In this document: piece after piece, positions 29,367 through 37,333 of the stretch
How positions within the stretch are numbered: the stretch's first letter is position 1
Layout of the letters: every line of letters begins with the position of its first letter
From: Candidatus Caldarchaeales archaeon
Lineage (GTDB): Archaea > Thermoproteota > Nitrososphaeria_A > Caldarchaeales > Calditenuaceae
Length of the DNA: 64,000 nucleotides
Assembly: GCA_039630085.1 (NCBI GenBank)
Contig: JBCNVM010000003.1
Location: 32,001-96,000 of the forward strand
Reading direction: 5' to 3'
Made by a program: the position numbers and the translations under genes
Notes under the pieces: model-generated
The model's input: the letters and a program-made list of their open reading frames with translations, nothing else
Database searches by the model: none
Told to the model about the DNA's origin: nothing

Positions 29367-30056
29367 ATGGAACTAGGAGACATCGTCAGGACCGCGGTGC
29401 CGGCCCTGTTGTCGGCTCTGTTGATCTTGGGTGCGGTCGTCCTTTTCCCCGGACTGATACCGGGGACATACAGGGTCACGACCGCGACCGCCCCGATCCC
29501 CGTCTTCATTACGCGGTTCGTGAACCTCACGACGACCCTCACAACCGCCTACCTCGTCGACTCCCGGGGACCTGTCTGGGAGCCCGTGTTCCTGGACCTC
29601 TCGGATAAGCCCGCGGAGGGGACGATAACCGTCCTCAACAGGACGCTGACCAAGGAGAGGCCGGCCTTCGCGATTGTCTTCATAGCCGCCGCGCCCCGCG
29701 GTTATGAGTTCGCAAGCACGGTCAACGGCTTCGTATACAGGCTCGAGGCTAGGGTTGCAAACAAACTAACGGCCGTCGTCGCGGAGGCAGCGCCGCCCGT
29801 CATCCCGGGGGTCAACCGCGAAAACTTCAGAGACCTGCTGATGGAGAGGGCGTTCTCGCCCGTAAACGTCCTGCCGTTCCAGAACCCGAGGAGGACCGAG
29901 ATCTCGCCGGGGCCCTTCGTCCTCCAGAAGGAGCGCGGAGCCTACTCGCCGTACCCGTGGCTCGCGATATGGCCGATTTCGGTCCACTTCCATGGCATCG
30001 AGAGGGACGTCCGGGTGACGGTCACGCTCTCCTATAGCTTGGTCGGGGCGAAGTGA
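29367..30056 (+). CDS. Membrane-anchored or secreted hypothetical protein
   Basis: N-terminal TM, Thr-rich stretch and beta-rich body; its stop overlaps the E1 start. Confidence 0.65.
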   Translation: MELGDIVRTAVPALLSALLILGAVVLFPGLIPGTYRVTTATAPIPVFITRFVNLTTTLTTAYLVDSRGPVWEPVFLDLSDKPAEGTITVLNRTLTKERPAFAIVFIAAAPRGYEFASTVNGFVYRLEARVANKLTAVVAEAAPPVIPGVNRENFRDLLMERAFSPVNVLPFQNPRRTEISPGPFVLQKERGAYSPYPWLAIWPISVHFHGIERDVRVTVTLSYSLVGAK

Positions 30057-30895
30057 CGCAGAAGCTCGCTCGGCGGACGCGGGTCTTCGAAGTCTTCAGG
30101 ATGGACGAGGACCGCTACGAACGACAGAGGAGGTTATGGGACCAGAGGAAGATATCGTCCCTGAGAGTCTTGGTGGGAGGTGCCGGGGCTCTCGGGAACG
30201 AGGTCGTAAAGAACCTAGTCCAGATCGGCGTGAAGAGAGTCTACGTGGTCGATTTCGACAGGGTCGTCCACTCGAACCTGAACAGGTGCCTGTTCTTCAG
30301 AAAGAGCGACGCGACTAAAAGGGCGAAGAAGGTCGACGCGCTGGCGAAAAGGGCCTCGGACCTCAACCCTGATGTGGAGGTCGTACCGATCTTCGGGGAC
30401 ATCCGCGACCTCCCGGGCGACGTGATCAAGGACGTCGACATGGCCCTCGGAGCCTTCGACAACATCTTCGCCAGACTCGTCCTCAACGCGATGTGCTACT
30501 CCAACGGTAAGCCCCTAATCGACGGCGGAATGGAAGGGACGCTCGGAACTGTTCAGGTGGTCCTCCCTCCCGAGAGCCCCTGCGTGGAGTGCGGGATGAG
30601 CGAGCTGGACCTCGAGCACATGTGGGAGAGGATCTCCTGTAGCGGCGACGTTGTCGTCGAGGAGGGCCCGAAGTTGCCCTACATCCCGATGACCGGCGCG
30701 CTCGTCGGCGCGCTTCAGGTCATGGAGACAGTCAAGATAGCCCTCGGCTTCGAGTCCTATAGGTCCTCCGGGAGGTGGAACGAGTCGGTCGGAGAGCCAC
30801 TCGTCGGCAAGTCCCTCCTGATCGACCTGAGGTCTAACCTCGGCTACACCTACGACCTCCACAAGAGGAGCGACTGCAACGTCTGCGCCCTCTGA
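30053..30895 (+). CDS. Ubiquitin-activating enzyme E1-like (ThiF/UBA family)
   Basis: GAGALG, DFDRVVHSNLNR, DNIFAR, DGGMEG..G.VQVVLPPESPCVEC, candidate catalytic Cys in RISCSG, terminal CNVC. Confidence 0.92.
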   Translation: MTQKLARRTRVFEVFRMDEDRYERQRRLWDQRKISSLRVLVGGAGALGNEVVKNLVQIGVKRVYVVDFDRVVHSNLNRCLFFRKSDATKRAKKVDALAKRASDLNPDVEVVPIFGDIRDLPGDVIKDVDMALGAFDNIFARLVLNAMCYSNGKPLIDGGMEGTLGTVQVVLPPESPCVECGMSELDLEHMWERISCSGDVVVEEGPKLPYIPMTGALVGALQVMETVKIALGFESYRSSGRWNESVGEPLVGKSLLIDLRSNLGYTYDLHKRSDCNVCAL

Positions 30896-30984
30896 TAGAA
30901 CGGTCTCAGCGCATGAACCTCTCGCTCGTTTCTCCTCGCGCTCAGCGACAATTTTAATAAGCGCCGGGGATTTTGTATTCACGC

Positions 30985-31398
30985 ATGATGGAAAGGAGGT
31001 CGAGGGCGGGTCTTAGCGAGGCGGTGACCGCGATTCTGCTGGTGGTGATTGGGATCGCGATGGCACTCATGATCTGGCAGTTCTTCACACCACGGCCGAC
31101 GGAGGAGCTGAGGATCGGACCAATCGACGTCTCCGGAGGGGTTGTCGTCTTCACCGCGCAGAACATAGGGAGCGTGGACGCGGAGATAATTGGAGTCGCC
31201 TGCTACACCGCAGGGCAACCTCCGGCGGCCGGGGGTGCGGTGACGCCGCTGGGCGGTGCGGACACCAAGCTCCAGCAAGGCGAATCGAGTACCTTCTCGG
31301 GGAGCTGCGCAGGCGCGGAGCCGGGCAAGCCGATCAACGTGATGGTCTACACCAAGAACAAGGCCTACGGGCCCTTCACGGTCATCGTCAGGTCGTGA
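30985..31398 (+). CDS. Archaeal type IV pilin (probable major pilin)
   Basis: Class III signal RRSRAG/LSEAVTAILLVVIG; QNIGSVD motif; own TATA box and T-rich terminator. Confidence 0.88.
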   Translation: MMERRSRAGLSEAVTAILLVVIGIAMALMIWQFFTPRPTEELRIGPIDVSGGVVVFTAQNIGSVDAEIIGVACYTAGQPPAAGGAVTPLGGADTKLQQGESSTFSGSCAGAEPGKPINVMVYTKNKAYGPFTVIVRS

Positions 31399-31429
31399 GT
31401 CTGAGTCCGCCTCCTCAACGCGACCGGCC

Positions 31430-31446
31430 TTTTTCCTTTTTCTGTT
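31430..31446 (+). terminator. Archaeal oligo-T terminator after the pilin gene
   Basis: TTTTTCCTTTTTCTGTT about 30 nt after the pilin stop. Confidence 0.6.
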
Positions 31447-31526
31447 CCAAGCTCCAGCGGGACCGTGTTCTTCGATTGACATGAAACACATATATCATAC
31501 CGCCACCAAGTGAGCTCGAATCCGAC

Positions 31527-32345
31527 ATGATCATTACCGTGAACGAGTTGACTACTAAGAGGAGCGTCAGGCTGGAAGTAGAACCTGGCCACACGGTGAG
31601 GGCGGTCGTCGAGGAGGTGATGAAGGCGCTGAAGGTTCCGCCGCAGACGACCTATAGGCTGGTGTTGGGCGGGAAGGAGATCGGGCCGGAACTCTTCGAC
31701 AAGACGCTGGGCGAGCTCGGCATTTCGGACGGCGCGGTGATGGACCTCGTCCCGAGGCCCGTCGGCGGGTCGACCCTCCTGCCTAGGGACAAGTTCCTGA
31801 AGAGGCTGGAGAGGGAGGAGGAGGACCTGAGGAGCAGCGGTTTCCCTTTCACCAGACAGGACGTCTGGAGGCCTATGAGCTTCCCTATGGTGTACAGCGC
31901 TGGCTACGAGATGGTCAACGTGGCGGTGAGGTACACTGTCTCCTTCAGGGCTAGGGGGTTCGTCCTAACGAAGAGGGGAATCGAAGAGCAGTGGGACCAC
32001 TCGGCGAGCCTCTACGTCCTCGACTACTATCCCTACATGGACCCTAAGAAGGGCGCACCGATGAGGATATTCTGGGAGAGCGACATCTTCCACCCCAACA
32101 TCTGTCCCGGCCCCCGCTTCAACGGGAACGGACTCGTCTGCTGGAAGATGATCAAGGAGTGGGGGAAGACCTTCTCGCTCGCGACGCTGGTGAGGGGGCT
32201 TCAGCTCCTAGTCGAGAACCCGAACCCGGATGACCCGCTGAGCAAGATACCCATCTGCATGCAGGCAGCGTCCTTCTTCAAGGAGAACCCACACCTCACA
32301 GGCACCTACAGGCCTGAGACCGGGAGCAAGCCAAGAGTCATCTGA
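31527..32345 (+). CDS. Ubiquitin-like domain (ends GG80-81) fused to an E2/UBC domain
   Basis: Beta-grasp pattern YRLVLGGKEI...KTLGELGISDG...LVPRPVGG, then KRLERE, YP..P, FHPNI, GLVCW and NPNPDDPL. Confidence 0.88.
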   Translation: MIITVNELTTKRSVRLEVEPGHTVRAVVEEVMKALKVPPQTTYRLVLGGKEIGPELFDKTLGELGISDGAVMDLVPRPVGGSTLLPRDKFLKRLEREEEDLRSSGFPFTRQDVWRPMSFPMVYSAGYEMVNVAVRYTVSFRARGFVLTKRGIEEQWDHSASLYVLDYYPYMDPKKGAPMRIFWESDIFHPNICPGPRFNGNGLVCWKMIKEWGKTFSLATLVRGLQLLVENPNPDDPLSKIPICMQAASFFKENPHLTGTYRPETGSKPRVI

Positions 32346-32358
32346 TAGGTGCGAAATC

Positions 32359-32850
32359 TTGAGGGGAGAGGAGACCGAAGTTCTCCCCGTCTACATCGAG
32401 CTGGAAGCCCTCGTCGAGGCCGTCAGGCATTGCAGGGAGGGGCTGCCCTACGAGGTCATCGGTTTCTTAGTCGGCGAGCGGCTGAAGTGGAAGGACAAGC
32501 TCTACGTCTTCGTCACCGACAGCGTTAGGGGCAGGTCGGTCTCCACCCGCACCCACGTTGAGTTCGACCGAGACGCGCTCGCGGAGGTCGCGGGGCTCAT
32601 CAGAAGGGGGCACCCGGAGTCGGAGATCGTGGGCTGGTACCACTCTCATCCGGGATACGGCTGCTTCATGTCCCCGACGGACATTCGCTCCCACGTGACC
32701 TCCTTCCCCTATCCCCATCAGGTCGCGCTGGTCATCGACCCGGTAAGAGGGGAGGCCACGTTCTTCAAGGTCGACGAGGACGGGGACTACCGTTCTGTCC
32801 CTTCGGCGGTGGTGAGGAGGTCCCGTGGTCAGGATCGTCGAGGTGCGTGA
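32359..32850 (+). CDS. JAB/MPN+ metalloprotease (Rpn11-like deubiquitinase)
   Basis: EVIGFLVG...VGWYHSHPGYGCFMSPTD...ALVIDP. Confidence 0.93.
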   Translation: MRGEETEVLPVYIELEALVEAVRHCREGLPYEVIGFLVGERLKWKDKLYVFVTDSVRGRSVSTRTHVEFDRDALAEVAGLIRRGHPESEIVGWYHSHPGYGCFMSPTDIRSHVTSFPYPHQVALVIDPVRGEATFFKVDEDGDYRSVPSAVVRRSRGQDRRGA

Positions 32851-32992
32851 GAGGGACGTCAGGGAAGCTCCGCCCCCCGTGGACGGGGAATACGAGCTCG
32901 TTGCGGTCGACTCGGAGGGAGTCGGCTACGATCTTTCGGACCTCTTGATCCTGTTGAAGCGTGGAGCCAGCGGGAGCCGGACGGAGGTCTAG
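32825..32992 (+). CDS. 55-aa hypothetical protein not in the ORF track
   Basis: GTG start after GAGGAGG; MVRIVEVRERDVREAPPPVDGEYELVAVDSEGVGYDLSDLLILLKRGASGSRTEV*. Confidence 0.5.
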   Translation: MVRIVEVRERDVREAPPPVDGEYELVAVDSEGVGYDLSDLLILLKRGASGSRTEV

Positions 32993-32996
32993 GAGG

Positions 32997-33776
32997 TCAG
33001 GGGCCCCGTCCTTCCGCGCCCTTTCGAGATATCGCCGCGACGGCAGCCTTCGACTCGTGCAGAGCCTTCGCAAGGACGCGCTCCCTCGGGCCGAGCCTCG
33101 TCCCCAGCGCGCTCAGGGCGAATTCGATCTCCGAGGTGACCAGCCTCGCGACCTCTTCGATCAGTGGCTTGAGGGAGCTCGCGCCCGACTCGTACTCCCT
33201 GAGGAGGACCGCCAAGTCGGCGCCGACGTAGAGGGCCCTGTAGATCGACCTGTCGAGCCTCCTGTAGAGCTTCCTGGAGAGCCTGATCAGCCTCAGCTCC
33301 CAGAAGGCGAGGTCCAGCAGCGCCCGAGCCTCCTGTTCCTTACCGAGGGACTTCAGTATCCCGAAGGACGCGACCGTGCCGACGAACGCCCTGTAGAGCC
33401 TGCCGGCCTCTGTGACCGTGAGGGGGATCAACTTGCTGTTGAGCATGAACGCGACCTGCGCCTCGTCCTTCAGCGTGAGGACCCTCTTCGCCTCCTCACC
33501 GATCGCCTTGGCCAACTCCTCCCTGCTCTGCTGGGCTGCCAGCACCGACGACGACCGCTCTCTGACGTCCGTCCACGACTTGCTCATGGCGAGCATCTTA
33601 TCGAGGAGCGCCCCTATCGAGGACTCCCCTATCAGCGGTGCCTCGGAGACGTAAAGAACGGTCGGAGGCGGTAGGACGTATTGCTTCACCTCTAGGACCT
33701 TGGGCCTGCCTCTCCTCAGCAACTCCCTTCCCCTTCGGACGAAGAAGGAGCCCGGCCAAAGCCTACCACGACTCAT
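32997..33776 (-). CDS. Hypothetical helical protein
   Basis: 259 aa; translationally coupled to the upstream pilin-like gene. Confidence 0.6.
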   Translation of the reverse strand: MSRGRLWPGSFFVRRGRELLRRGRPKVLEVKQYVLPPPTVLYVSEAPLIGESSIGALLDKMLAMSKSWTDVRERSSSVLAAQQSREELAKAIGEEAKRVLTLKDEAQVAFMLNSKLIPLTVTEAGRLYRAFVGTVASFGILKSLGKEQEARALLDLAFWELRLIRLSRKLYRRLDRSIYRALYVGADLAVLLREYESGASSLKPLIEEVARLVTSEIEFALSALGTRLGPRERVLAKALHESKAAVAAISRKGAEGRGP

Positions 33777-34246
33777 CCCCTACTCACGGCCAGGATTCCG
33801 ACCCTGTCTGAGGAACAGGTCAGCCTCGCAGTCCACGCGGAGAACGACCTGGTCGAGTCGTAAGCGCCCCACACGACCGAGAAGAGCCTGTGGCCGATCA
33901 CGACGGTACCGTCGGAGTTCCTGACCAGCTTGACGACCGTGAAGTTCACGGAGACGCCCGGCGGAGCAGCCGACGCGATGATGGCGAGGGCCTCGTCGAC
34001 GGGGACGCCGTCCTCCCGGCACACCAAGGCCTCCATCTGACCACGCTCGGTCAGAGTCGCGACCATCTTGTTGGCGAGCTCCTCGAGGTCGTTCCTCTGC
34101 TCCGAGATCGAGACGGTCTTTATGGAGACGATCTGATAGAAGAGCACGACCCCCAAGACGACGATGAGCGAGGCCAGAATCGCCTCGACGGTCCAAACCA
34201 TCCCGAGACGCCTCGAGCCCCTCGACCTCAAGACGGACCACCCCAC
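33773..34246 (-). CDS. Minor pilin-like protein
   Basis: SRRLG/MVWTVEAILASLIVVLG class III-like signal; one Cys pair. Confidence 0.7.
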   Translation of the reverse strand: MGWSVLRSRGSRRLGMVWTVEAILASLIVVLGVVLFYQIVSIKTVSISEQRNDLEELANKMVATLTERGQMEALVCREDGVPVDEALAIIASAAPPGVSVNFTVVKLVRNSDGTVVIGHRLFSVVWGAYDSTRSFSAWTARLTCSSDRVGILAVSRG

Positions 34247-34968
34247 CAGGCCCAGACCTCCACGCTCAGGGTAATTCCGTTCTCTGTTACGGTCGTCTCC
34301 GAAAGGTACACTGCGTCGGGTGGTATAGAGACCCTAGACGGCTCGACGAACCGGCCCTTTACGAACGCAACCACCAAGTCGGGATACACTGCCGGCACGA
34401 CGTGATACGAGGAATCCGTGAAGACCACAACCGGCGACTCGAAGACGAAAGGCACGATTTCGTAACCTGACTCAACTACCGTCGACCCGCCGTAATGGCA
34501 GAGGCTCGCACTTTCAGAGACCCGTATGGTACCGTCCTCACCGTAGTTCACGAGGTCGGGGTCGAGCCGTAGACCACTCACGTGAACGCCGTATCTCGTC
34601 ACCACTATCGCGCCCCTGCCTTCGGCGGTGCAGGTCGTGTAATCGGACGGGAACGAGAGGGCAACCCCAGGGCCCGACTGAACGATCCTCTGCGTGAACG
34701 AGACCTTGGCGACGAAGTCGACCCTGACTCCCCTGAAGTCGTGGGACGGAGCTACCACGTAGAGCGGGTTCAGGAGGTAGGCCTCCCTTGAAGACCTAGA
34801 GACGAGCGACTTGATGAGGTTGAGGGCTGCCCTCGACTCGGCGCGGACCATCGCGTCCTCGGTGAAGGAGAGATAACTCGAGGCGCCGGAGAGCGCGGAG
34901 AAGACCAGCAAGCCGGCGATTAGCGAGAAGATAGAAACTCCTATGGCCGCGTCGACCACCGCCTCCAT
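34228..34968 (-). CDS. Minor pilin-like protein
   Basis: MEAVVDAAIGVSIFSLIAGLL pilin-like N-terminal helix with no basic leader; beta-rich body. Confidence 0.55.
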   Translation of the reverse strand: MEAVVDAAIGVSIFSLIAGLLVFSALSGASSYLSFTEDAMVRAESRAALNLIKSLVSRSSREAYLLNPLYVVAPSHDFRGVRVDFVAKVSFTQRIVQSGPGVALSFPSDYTTCTAEGRGAIVVTRYGVHVSGLRLDPDLVNYGEDGTIRVSESASLCHYGGSTVVESGYEIVPFVFESPVVVFTDSSYHVVPAVYPDLVVAFVKGRFVEPSRVSIPPDAVYLSETTVTENGITLSVEVWAWWGGPS

Positions 34969-35064
34969 TCTTGTCTTAACACCGATCGCCAGCAGATAAG
35001 TGTATACGCTGGCGCGAGCGCGAGAACGCGGACCCGGGAGAACGTTTTATTACGTATAGTACCG

Positions 35065-35382
35065 ATGAGCGTCGGATTGGAAGACCTGCTCAGGAGGCTG
35101 AGGCTTGAGATAGTCGGCGACTTCAGGCAGTACCTGAACAAGCTCGAGCGGACTGGGGACGGCTCCTGGGAGGTGGTTCTGACCGAGAAGGCGGAGGCCT
35201 TCGCGGGGACGATGGAGTGCCCGGTCGACAGGGAGAAGGTGCGGATCGAGGACGCCGTTCTGTGCCCCATCTGTTACACGCCTTACCACGTCGATTGCGC
35301 CCAGATCCTCGCCAGCAGGTCGGAGAAGTGCTGGAAGTGCGAGCGGTTCGACAGGTTCGACCTGCTTCTGAAGGGGAGGTGA
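35065..35382 (+). CDS. Small RING-finger protein (E3-like, Prok-RING type)
   Basis: CPVD-x11-CPIC-x4-HVDC-x10-CWKC. Confidence 0.75.
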   Translation: MSVGLEDLLRRLRLEIVGDFRQYLNKLERTGDGSWEVVLTEKAEAFAGTMECPVDREKVRIEDAVLCPICYTPYHVDCAQILASRSEKCWKCERFDRFDLLLKGR

Positions 35383-35385
35383 TGA

Positions 35386-36246
35386 ATGATGGGCCTTGAG
35401 CACGAGGCGAGCCGCCGGGTCCTGATCACCCTGCTGACGGACCCGCACAGGTCAGGCAGGACGATCTACTTCGACCCCGACGTGCTCTCGGCGAGACTAG
35501 GCGGCCAAGCGTGGGACCACCTCGAGGCGATGATCCAGCTGGGCGAGAGGGGGCTCATCAGGTTCCACCACGCGAGGGAGGTGGAGCTGCTGTTCAGGTT
35601 CATGCGCGCGAGGGCGAGGCTCGAGCACGTGGCAGGGCTAAGGGACTTAGAGGAGGTCGCCGCCGAGCTAAGGAAGGTCAGGATCCTCGAAAGGGTCGTC
35701 GGGAAGGACCTCGAGGTGATCAGGGATCCGAGGGTGTCCGACCACCTGGATGCGCTTCGGGCACTCTCGGTCCAGCTCGGCAAGCTGCTGAAGCTCCTCG
35801 AGGGGAAGAAACTGGTGAGCAGGGAGGTCTACGAGAGGGTGGCCGCATCGGTGCTGTCCGAGACGGCGAACGTCGTTCAGTCCACGGAGCAAGTCCTCTC
35901 CTCTCTCCGCGCGGCCCTCGCCGAACTCGTGGAGGTGATGAACGTCTTGGTTCAGGAGCGGGCGAGGATATCGGGACTCCGCGATAGGCTCGGCTTCAAC
36001 CTCGAGGAGCTCGACTTAGTGTTGAACTCCTACCTGTCGGGCATTGAGGAGTTCAAGCGCCTCCTCCAGCAGGTCGATCGACTGTTGAGGAGTGCCTTCC
36101 CGAACTGGGACGATGTAATAGGTTCCGCTCAAAGGGTCATCTCTGAGTTCGCGCAAAAGGCGCCTTTCGTTGATGCGGTCCTCAAACAGATAACTGCCAT
36201 AAACGTTATGTTAAGTTCAGGAATCCAGACTGAACTTGGCCGATGA
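35386..36246 (+). CDS. wHTH-like plus coiled-coil protein
   Basis: N-terminal ...LGERGLIRF wing, KLVSREVYERV motif and long heptads; starts 3 nt after the RING gene. Confidence 0.6.
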   Translation: MMGLEHEASRRVLITLLTDPHRSGRTIYFDPDVLSARLGGQAWDHLEAMIQLGERGLIRFHHAREVELLFRFMRARARLEHVAGLRDLEEVAAELRKVRILERVVGKDLEVIRDPRVSDHLDALRALSVQLGKLLKLLEGKKLVSREVYERVAASVLSETANVVQSTEQVLSSLRAALAELVEVMNVLVQERARISGLRDRLGFNLEELDLVLNSYLSGIEEFKRLLQQVDRLLRSAFPNWDDVIGSAQRVISEFAQKAPFVDAVLKQITAINVMLSSGIQTELGR

Positions 36247-37276
36247 GGAACTTCACCCTTTTGACCTCCTCGGTGACCCTCTCGAGGACCTTGAGAGCCC
36301 GTTGGAGCCTCTCGATGGAACCGTTTAAGAAATTAAGGTTGAGGTCGGAGCCAACCCTCAGCAGGCTTCTCATGGCATCGAGCTGCTCGCGCAACCTCTC
36401 GACGCTCCTCTCGAGGACCTCAACATCGGTCTTACGTCTCCGCTTGAGCTCAGAGGCCTTCCTAGTCAACTCTTGGTAGAGGAAGTCGTACTCCTCTTGG
36501 CTGATCTCGCCGATGACGAGCCTCGCCTTGAGGAGCTCGAACTCGGACTTCAGCTCGGCGGGCAAGTCCTCCTGACCCTCGTCCTCGAGGAACTGCTTCG
36601 CGAACGACTCGAGGACCTCCTCGATCACCTCGTCTGACCAAGAAGCTGTCTCTGAGAGCTGCTCTGGACGAAGGTCGCCGATGGTAGTCCTCAGCAGGTC
36701 CTCCTCGAGCTTCTCCCTTACCCTCGAGACGGTCTCCAACGCCTCGCTCCCCAGACCCTTCGACCCCTCGAGCATCACTATCGACTCTTCGACCTCCCTC
36801 AGCGCCCCCAGCAGGTCCTCAATCACCACAGGGTTCCTGTCCTTGGATCCGAGATAGTTGATCAGCGAGGAGATGAGCAGCGACCTCCTCCTTAGCAGGA
36901 CGCCCATGAGGCTCGGCGAGGGCGGGACTTCATCGAGCGACGACCCGGGGATCGAAAGCACCAGCTCCGCCATGACCCTCCTGACGCTCTCGTACTCGTA
37001 CTCGGCGACCTTCCCGGACATGAATCCGTAATCGAGCAGCCGAATCGCTTGGACCAGCATTCCCTTGGCCTCATCGAAGTCGGGGACTCCCGCGACGGTG
37101 ACCAGACCCAAGGACTGCAACCTGATCAGCCCCATCAAGACCTTCAGTTCATCGAGCCTGACGGCCTCCGCGGCCCCCTTGAGGTCCACACGGACTCTTC
37201 CGCCCTTCCTCGGTAGCGAGGTCAGATACTGGATCAGCCTCACGTCCTCTTCCCTTACGCTCAACCCGCAGCTCAC
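36206..37276 (-). CDS. wHTH-like plus coiled-coil protein with SHOCT/CdvA-like motifs
   Basis: LIRLQSLGLVTV wing; SGKVAEYEYESVR and LKARLVIGEISQEEY motifs. Confidence 0.6.
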   Translation of the reverse strand: MSCGLSVREEDVRLIQYLTSLPRKGGRVRVDLKGAAEAVRLDELKVLMGLIRLQSLGLVTVAGVPDFDEAKGMLVQAIRLLDYGFMSGKVAEYEYESVRRVMAELVLSIPGSSLDEVPPSPSLMGVLLRRRSLLISSLINYLGSKDRNPVVIEDLLGALREVEESIVMLEGSKGLGSEALETVSRVREKLEEDLLRTTIGDLRPEQLSETASWSDEVIEEVLESFAKQFLEDEGQEDLPAELKSEFELLKARLVIGEISQEEYDFLYQELTRKASELKRRRKTDVEVLERSVERLREQLDAMRSLLRVGSDLNLNFLNGSIERLQRALKVLERVTEEVKRVKFLIGQVQSGFLNLT

Positions 37277-37333
37277 GTGACGTGCTGAATAAAATCCGTT
37301 CGCGTGACCTTTGGGGCGACGGTGTCGCTCGCG

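Noticed and set aside
30053-32850. CBASS/Pycsar Cap2-Cap3 or ThiS/MoaD sulfur-relay module
   Set aside because: No nucleotide cyclase, effector or sulfur-metabolism genes seen nearby; E2 and RING point to protein conjugation.
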